Source: Giardia intestinalis
Taxonomy: Eukaryota
Length of the DNA: 64,000 nucleotides
Strand: one strand, 5' to 3'
NCBI GenBank assembly: GCA_000002435.2
Contig: CM018793.1
Within the stretch, counting starts at the first letter, position 1; each line of letters begins with the position of its first letter. The position numbers were made by a program, and so were the translations under genes. The notes under the pieces are model-generated. The model did not search any database and was not told the DNA's origin. It saw only the letters and a program-made list of their open reading frames with translations. This document shows positions 57,697-64,000 of this stretch, in pieces.

Positions 57697-60504
57697 ATGC
57701 GCCCGGACACAGGTAATGGCTCTGCACCTACAAACGCGCCATCTGAGCGCTACATCATCAGAAGTCTTAGCGACTTCGAGGGCCTCCTGATGTCCTGGCA
57801 GACACAAGTCGGTCTCCACCTACACCTCCAGCTTTCCTCGGATGCACTCTCCAGAAATGACCTTCATGAGATCGCTAAGCTGCTGAAGAGCAAGTCATGC
57901 TATATCTTCCTGGACTTTTGCGGAACCGCTTTCACAGAGAATGACATTCTGGATGTGGCGACTATGCTGTCGTATAGCTCGGCAGGAGCTGTGGTCTATG
58001 GTCTGGACTTTTCACAGACTAGCGTGTCGACATCCGCGTTGACTGGAATTCTTCCGGTGCTTGACCTTTCCAACTTGTTACACTTGGACCTTTCTTACAC
58101 ACTAGTTAGTGACCGGTTCTTCAGTGAGGTCGTTACAATCATGGAGGAGGCCGATGCTCCTTTTCCTCTGGTGTCGCTTTCTCTCCGCAATTGCTACAGG
58201 CTTGGCGAATCTGATGCTCTTTGTGCGTTTATCGCCAGGACCACACGGATACAAACTCTTGATCTCACTGGTGTTTCCCTGCAGCCACCTACTCTTGTCA
58301 ACCTGACGGACCTTTTGTACGAGCAAGAGTACCTGAGTTATTTATCTTTGTCAAACTTATGCAGGACAGCTACCAGCAATCCCAGCGCTACCAGTAGCTG
58401 GGAGGGCGATATGCGGCAAATTATATACAACATCTTACAACTACCTCAAGTGCAGACTATAGATCTTTCCGGTACACCAATTAAGGACATAGGCCTTTAT
58501 TATATCAGCCAAGTTATAGATAAGCTCCTTGTAGCAAAACACCGCTTTTCATTAGAATTTATCAACCTGGCCTGTACTGGTATGACAGATAAGTGTGTTT
58601 CCTTTCTAAAGCAAATACTCCAATCTATGAAGGAAAGCTCTCTTAGATCAATTAATCTGATAGGGAACCGCTTAACAGTGGCATCCCTAGAAGATTTGCG
58701 AAGAGCATCCACGCTTGCTGGCATTCACCTTCTTTTTGATCCGCCTCTAGCATACTATGGTAGAGGTATATCCTCCAGACTGCTTGAGCGAGACACTCAG
58801 TTTATGGACAAATACTCTATCTTATCGCTGCTACCACACACTTTCTCCGACAAACCGAAACTCACTAAGGAAGAATCCGATAGAATTGGATTTTCGTATG
58901 CATGCAATGACATTGTGGAAGGTGCCTTAAAGGCATACTCTCAGAATTATGAAGATATTGTCCCCTATGTTCTGGATAGTGTCTCTTCATCTGCACATGA
59001 GCTGCCTATTGCTATCGCAGCTAGCCGCCATTCTGTCACAACCCGGTATGTCCCTATGTCCTCAGCAAAGGAAAAAGATTCAGTGCAATTCACCAATACA
59101 TTTCTTAATGCATCAGAAATTGTCTATTCCCAAGACCGCGACACGTCTAATCCTTGTTTAGATTCTATCACATATACCTTCTCCTCCGATGATGAGGTCT
59201 CGGCTGACCTCCTGATAAAAAAGACATCCAGCATAGCTTCCCAGTGTCACAAGAATCCAGATGTTCCGTCGCCGAAGGCTGAGCACGTGTTTCGTTCAGC
59301 CAATGCAGATACAGAACGACCCTTGGCGATGTCTGCCTTGCTCTCTGCGTTCATTCGCACAGATAACTCGGCAATCCCGGTTTCTCCGTTCTTCAAACAG
59401 GAGCCGAAGACACAGCCAGAAATACCTTTGGCTACTGAAACAAATCCAGAAACTATGGCGGTCGATGATGGTGCAAACGTTGACGGGGTTCAATTAGAAG
59501 CTAGTGACATACAACCAGAAGTGGTAAGGTCCGTTCCTATAACGGCTCCTTCGGATCACTCCTTTGCCCTAGCTCCTCCCTTCTCGGCAGGAATGTTTGT
59601 TATTGATGAGTCTGAAATTGTGAGACAGAGGACATCAGAGCAACATACTCCGCCTGAGATGGTATCTCATGGGCATGATTCAGTTTATTCCAAGTGCGAA
59701 GCCTCAGATCATGTAGACCTATCATTAATAAGAGGCAGCGTCAGTAATTCAGATGATGGAGACATGCAGCCATCTGAGATACAGCCCAATATTCAAGAGC
59801 TAGCACCTGGACATCAATGTTCAATCACTTCTGATAGCTGGGGATCAACTCCACCTCAAAAGGTCACCACCCAGGATTCCCCCTTTTCCTCTTTTGAGGA
59901 GGCAGCTCCAAACTCGGACGAGTGGTCAAGTCCGTATCCAGCAGAACCAAACGTGGAACTAAATGAAACATTAGCAGAAGGTGACTTTGTAGAACAGGCC
60001 AAGCATAGCGCATCCGTACCCTGTATACCTATCAGTACGTTGTCCATATCTGAGTCTCGGAGAACAAAGCTCGCGTCGTACATGGCGCAAACGTCTGCTG
60101 ACCCACGCGAGTCTAAGTGCGGGTTTGTTAACAAGTTTAGAGTTTGGTATGCTAGTGAGTATGAGAAGCAAAAATACAATGTGCAAGAGCTTCTTCTTGC
60201 TCTTGACAAAGGCTTATGCGCAGCCCACGATTGTCGCCAGATATGCAATACCGTTGGGCTCACTGCTACAGTCAATATGCATGCCTCCGCTCTCACCGTC
60301 ACGTGGTTTGACAAACTTAAACACAAAACAAAGACTGCGATGCTCTTCAAAGACATACAGACTGCCGAGCTGGTTGGGTCCGGAAAATCAGGAGTTGTCC
60401 ACCTTAAAACGTCTGAAACGGAGATAGTAGTGTCAGTCATGGACAAGGCGGAGCGCAGACTCTTCTTGGAGTTGCTGTTGCTCTTCATGACAAGTCAGAG
60501 CTAG
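57697..60504 (+). CDS. leucine-rich-repeat (RNI-like) protein with an S/P-rich middle region (935 aa)
   Basis: The N-terminal ~370 aa contain repeated LxxLxLsxxxI/L units typical of ribonuclease-inhibitor-type LRRs (LHLDLSYTLVSDRFF; IQTLDLTGVSLQ; VQTIDLSGTPIKDIGL; LRSINLIGNRLTVASL). Confidence 0.7.
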   Translation: MRPDTGNGSAPTNAPSERYIIRSLSDFEGLLMSWQTQVGLHLHLQLSSDALSRNDLHEIAKLLKSKSCYIFLDFCGTAFTENDILDVATMLSYSSAGAVVYGLDFSQTSVSTSALTGILPVLDLSNLLHLDLSYTLVSDRFFSEVVTIMEEADAPFPLVSLSLRNCYRLGESDALCAFIARTTRIQTLDLTGVSLQPPTLVNLTDLLYEQEYLSYLSLSNLCRTATSNPSATSSWEGDMRQIIYNILQLPQVQTIDLSGTPIKDIGLYYISQVIDKLLVAKHRFSLEFINLACTGMTDKCVSFLKQILQSMKESSLRSINLIGNRLTVASLEDLRRASTLAGIHLLFDPPLAYYGRGISSRLLERDTQFMDKYSILSLLPHTFSDKPKLTKEESDRIGFSYACNDIVEGALKAYSQNYEDIVPYVLDSVSSSAHELPIAIAASRHSVTTRYVPMSSAKEKDSVQFTNTFLNASEIVYSQDRDTSNPCLDSITYTFSSDDEVSADLLIKKTSSIASQCHKNPDVPSPKAEHVFRSANADTERPLAMSALLSAFIRTDNSAIPVSPFFKQEPKTQPEIPLATETNPETMAVDDGANVDGVQLEASDIQPEVVRSVPITAPSDHSFALAPPFSAGMFVIDESEIVRQRTSEQHTPPEMVSHGHDSVYSKCEASDHVDLSLIRGSVSNSDDGDMQPSEIQPNIQELAPGHQCSITSDSWGSTPPQKVTTQDSPFSSFEEAAPNSDEWSSPYPAEPNVELNETLAEGDFVEQAKHSASVPCIPISTLSISESRRTKLASYMAQTSADPRESKCGFVNKFRVWYASEYEKQKYNVQELLLALDKGLCAAHDCRQICNTVGLTATVNMHASALTVTWFDKLKHKTKTAMLFKDIQTAELVGSGKSGVVHLKTSETEIVVSVMDKAERRLFLELLLLFMTSQS

Positions 60505-60535
60505 GCGTGTGCTCGGGTGATTTACTGACCGCAAA

Positions 60536-61129
60536 CTAATTCTCAAAAATGTCTCCGCACGGGGTCCAATACGACGTTTGGGGATTCTTTGTCTTGAGGA
60601 CCGGGTTTTGAACGCAGGTCGTCTGATGCACCGAATAGTTTCCTGCTCCAATGTCTTGCTGCATGGAGTTGAAGTTGTACTTGCGGGGCTTCACCTGGGC
60701 GCACATCTCTTGTGTATTCAGCGGTGTGCTACCCAAACTAATCCTTCCCGTCTCGTCCTGCTCTTTGTGGATCCGGTCATACCTCTTTGCAATGCTCTGA
60801 ACTCTCCCTGCAGTTGCCAAAACTGGACCCTCCGGGACTGTTAGGTCTCCCACACCCGCAAACTTCGTTGTGTGAGTCTTGCATTGCGGTCGTAGGTTAA
60901 ACGTTATGTCGAGCTTTTCTGTGCGCTGCTTCACTGGAGCTGGCTGCTCGTAATACTTGGGCGCTGTGTCCTTAAGTGTCCGCGAAAAGTCCTTGTCGTG
61001 CTCATCGGCCGGGCAACCGTGCCTTTGGGTGCGAGTCGTATTTGCATAGCCACTCATTTTGAGAGCTCCAGTGGAGTTGACAAAATCATTTTCGCGTAGG
61101 TTGTCCTCTTCCGTATGGTAGTAGCGCAT
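60536..61129 (-). CDS. hypothetical protein (197 aa)
   Basis: Intact ORF. No motif recognised. Confidence 0.4.
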   Translation of the reverse strand: MRYYHTEEDNLRENDFVNSTGALKMSGYANTTRTQRHGCPADEHDKDFSRTLKDTAPKYYEQPAPVKQRTEKLDITFNLRPQCKTHTTKFAGVGDLTVPEGPVLATAGRVQSIAKRYDRIHKEQDETGRISLGSTPLNTQEMCAQVKPRKYNFNSMQQDIGAGNYSVHQTTCVQNPVLKTKNPQTSYWTPCGDIFEN

Positions 61130-61232
61130 TCCCTCCTCAAAATTCGTGTCCTGCGGGATTTTTTGAATTATAGATATTTAAGGATCAATAATTGGCGCAC
61201 AAGGTACCTTGGATTCCATTCGGCGCTGCCGA

Positions 61233-62045
61233 TCATGGCGGCTCCGTGTTTGTTAAGGGATTCGGCTTACTAAGTGACACTAATCTTGCACTAAACCGAT
61301 CTTCATGGCGCTGCATGCTTGACAAAATCTGTTCGGCGTCAATTGTAAGACATCGGTTCAATGGGCTTTCAAGCTTCTCTCTGGAGTACCGCGCGCCTAT
61401 CTCTGAAAGCCTTGTATAACAAGGGCTAGCACTTCTTGCGGAGTCACCTTCTGTGACAGTTTGAGGCCCTGCAATAGGAAACAGTGGGCGACATGTTGCT
61501 AATCCTTTCTGAACTGGGGCCTTTTCATCAAATAGCGATGCTGTCTTCTTTTGTATCGACCTCTGAAACTGAGTTACTTGTGACCCTGGCTTTGGACGCG
61601 CAGGGATCGTAAAGGACTCACGATCGTCGACCTCAACATCCTGAATCTCCCTGCTCTGCCTTTCAATTGACAAGCGGTATTTGGACCATCCATCTGCACT
61701 CTGTCCGCTGGCCCTTGGCGCCCTTTTTGCCCAGTCCTTAACAATAAGGGATTGATTTCGGATGTTTCTTTTGGTTTCCTCTTGACGCATCAGAAAGGCC
61801 AATCTAGACTCTCTGCGCCTCTCTGCCAAGTGCTGTAAATATTGCGCCTCCTCTGGATCAAGGAAAAGACTAGAGTAAAAGGGACGTACATTCCCATCTA
61901 CTATGCGTTTCATTTCGCGGGACAGTGGCTGCACATGGTCTCCCTGAGTGTAATGAGGCTGCATGGCACCACTGACACCGCTAGATGTCAGATCTGTCGC
62001 CTTAAATTGGAGGTTTTTGTTATACATTTTACATCCTGAGTTCAC
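61233..62045 (-). CDS. hypothetical basic protein (270 aa)
   Basis: Intact ORF. No motif recognised. Confidence 0.45.
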   Translation of the reverse strand: MNSGCKMYNKNLQFKATDLTSSGVSGAMQPHYTQGDHVQPLSREMKRIVDGNVRPFYSSLFLDPEEAQYLQHLAERRRESRLAFLMRQEETKRNIRNQSLIVKDWAKRAPRASGQSADGWSKYRLSIERQSREIQDVEVDDRESFTIPARPKPGSQVTQFQRSIQKKTASLFDEKAPVQKGLATCRPLFPIAGPQTVTEGDSARSASPCYTRLSEIGARYSREKLESPLNRCLTIDAEQILSSMQRHEDRFSARLVSLSKPNPLTNTEPP

Positions 62046-64000
62046 TCCACTAACCAGTCAATTCCAGTGCTACTCCGCTAAGTTTCCTGTCTATAGGCGC
62101 GCTTCTGAATTCATACAAGCAAGCTCCTTTAATCCCTGACCATACCAGGAGACAGAAATAGGTCACTCATGCGAACCGCCGCGCTGGACGGCCTCTCTCA
62201 CTCAGTTTCAATGCTTCGGTGCCGCGTATCTCTGGCGAAAACGGAAGAAGGCGGGCACCCCAGCACCCGACCCTCTGCGCCTTTGTAGGATGAGCGGTAC
62301 CACAGGCATGAAAGGAGGGGCCCTCACACCCACCGCCTCAGTGAAACTCCCTGCTGAAGAGAGCATGCTGCAGTGACGGGCCCCAAGATGGCTGACGTTA
62401 TCAGTAAAACTCTCCCTAACTGAGTCGCTTAAAGAATACAGAAACGGCTCACGAACGCGCCACTTCGTCGACGGGACTACGCCTCTAGGAACCTCCCGAC
62501 TTGTCTCCGTTACGTTGTCCACGGCGCCAAAGGCTGTGAGCGGCATCCCTGCATCTCCCGTTTGAAGAGCTTTTCCACGGGTAAGGAGCTCGAGCGATAC
62601 ATTTGGAAGCGTCTCTCCCGCCTCGGGCCCTCTCTACGCAGCCTCATTCGTCAAGCAATGCCCCAGTCGAAGGCCCCCTGTTGCCCTTCCATGCCTTTGT
62701 GATCGGCTAGTATTTCAGATCATACTACACCAAACCCTGGTGTCCAAGTGCAGGCGTTCCACATGGGCCACCACTGTTGCCTGTTATCCCCTCCAGTAAA
62801 GACGACGCTAGACCGGAGCACCTTCAAGCTCCTTGGAAGTCTTCAGATACAGCTCTTAGTTCTCGTCGCCAGAGTCACATCTGATTAGGATTAGCAAAGA
62901 TGAAAACCAGAACGCCATTACCATAACCAGGGCATGATAGAACTGGGTGGCCTCTACCATGCAGCAGGAAACAGATCCGTTCTCTCTGTGTCTTGTGCTC
63001 CCAGAAAAAACGGAACTCTCTATCACCAGCTGTCCCGGGTTCAGTCACAAATCCAAGGGATGCATAGATCACGACTCGTACCGATACACTGTGGATGCTG
63101 CAGCTCTCACAAAGAAGATGTCTCGACGCCATAACAAGAGCAGAGACCTCATGTGCACACATGAGCACCTGATAAAGGGTGTAGAGCTGATGCACGTCTT
63201 AGCTGAGAGATTGGGTGCGTTTCTGAGCACGCTGGCTGACATCAGATCGAGGGAATCCTACCTGTTCGCTGATCTAAATGCGTCAACCTAGGACGGCGCC
63301 CAGGAAGCATCTAGCCGAAGCAGAACACCCCATGTTGAGCGGCACCAGATGACAGTCACTCAAGCATGAGCAGGACGAGCATCTGCCCGCTCTGCACAAA
63401 ACTCACTGGAGCCAGAGCTGTCCAAATGTACTGCGGCACAGACAGCAAGTGCAAGGTGCTACTGCGCGAAAGGATGGAGATGGCAGAGGAGATGCACCTC
63501 GTCACACTGTGGACCGCTACATGAGCAACACCCACCAGAAGGTTCCGAACAAGAATAGGCCACCGAGCGCATGAAGGACCCCCGGCGAAGAGTAGCTGCC
63601 GCCCCATGGGGCTCCTCTCCCACGGGCCCCCTCGACCCGGACTCCTCAGAGGGGATCAGGGTAGCGTACGGGCTGCACCCTGGAGGGACACGAGCCCCCT
63701 GTTCTGCAGCCAGCGGAGAGCACGGGCATCTCTCCCAAGGTAACTGACGACGAGATGACCCGGGGGTCCGTCCATGGGTTCTCGAGGTCTCCTGGACCTC
63801 GCCTAGATCTGCGTACTGGAGGTCCTCATCCCCAAGAACGAGGCAAGCATAACCTGTGGAGCGACCACGACGGCTCTTCACAGATACTGCCGGGCCATCT
63901 GAAGTCTCAGGCACTGGACACTGGGGCCTGCATGCACATATAGTATGCGCTCGTATGCGCACACGAGACTGAGGAAGCCAGGCGGTCTCGCTCGATTACA

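Noticed and set aside
57663-57819. 52-codon N-terminal extension of the Rab11-like ORF
   Set aside because: It has no counterpart in Rab N-termini and overlaps the divergent LRR gene. The internal Met has a canonical initiator.
62208-63962. ORFs 62208..62546, 62875..63195, 62947..63291 and 63459..63962 as protein-coding genes
   Set aside because: They are short, overlap one another on both strands, have Arg/Gly/Pro-rich low-complexity translations typical of GC-rich non-coding DNA, and have no initiator motifs. They are treated as part of the anomalous GC-rich block instead.
1-64000. Giant-virus (NCLDV) origin, suggested by TOP2, Ser/Thr kinases, ankyrin proteins, giant ORFs, extreme gene density and an inverted repeat
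   Set aside because: Start codons are preceded by the short AT-rich initiators and stops by the AGTRAAY motifs established for Giardia. The gene content is cellular housekeeping (Rab11, TruA, an SR-beta-like protein, RRM, LisH, tandem WD40) with bipartite ankyrin and NEK-pseudokinase families typical of diplomonads. No capsid, polymerase or packaging genes are present. The inverted repeat contains host gene fragments and is not a viral terminal repeat.
1-64000. CRISPR arrays, prokaryotic defence islands or operons
   Set aside because: There are no short regularly spaced direct repeats, no Shine-Dalgarno-like signals, and no prokaryotic-type gene content. Genes alternate strands in a eukaryotic compact-genome pattern.
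1-64000. tRNA or rRNA genes
   Set aside because: I could not find T-loop/anticodon-arm signatures (GGTTCGAATCC-like) or rRNA-like conserved blocks by eye. Absence is not proven without a covariance-model scan.

Overview
The window is about 64 kb of gene-dense, apparently intron-free eukaryotic nuclear DNA, roughly 48-50% GC, with about 33 protein-coding genes on both strands. Intergenic gaps are often only 1-60 bp, and several convergent gene ends lie 1-3 bp apart or overlap. Start codons are typically preceded by a short AT-rich stretch such as AAAATTAAA-ATG, and AGTRAAY-type motifs sit at or just after several stop codons. That signal profile, together with bipartite 'protein 21.1'-style ankyrin proteins, NEK-like kinases and pseudokinases, Rab GTPases and giant Ser/Thr-rich low-complexity proteins, is what is known for Giardia-type diplomonads. 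I therefore read this as Giardia-like chromosomal DNA, not viral or prokaryotic sequence. This is an inference from composition and signals, not a database result. Genes I can recognise from motifs include DNA topoisomerase II, a Rab11-like GTPase, a Rab with a large insert, a TruA/Pus-family tRNA pseudouridine synthase, an OTU cysteine protease, an SGNH/GDSL hydrolase, a PGAM-family histidine phosphatase, an RRM protein, a LisH protein, a tandem WD40 propeller protein, an RNI-type LRR protein, and two very large proteins of 2528 and 3050 aa. The outstanding structural feature is a perfect inverted repeat of about 3.24 kb (7331..10566 and 53651..56886) whose symmetry axis is almost exactly the window centre. 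It duplicates the 3' third of the 2528-aa kinase/membrane gene, the whole histidine-phosphatase gene and the last 49 codons of the neighbouring gene. Copy A is embedded in intact genes and copy B consists of truncated fragments. Other notable points are a kinase catalytic domain split by an insert of about 1050 aa, a NEK-like pseudokinase lacking the catalytic Asp, a recurring CCCGGGGCCATGA element upstream of two or three minus-strand genes, and a GC-rich ORF-poor block at 62.1-64.0 kb.
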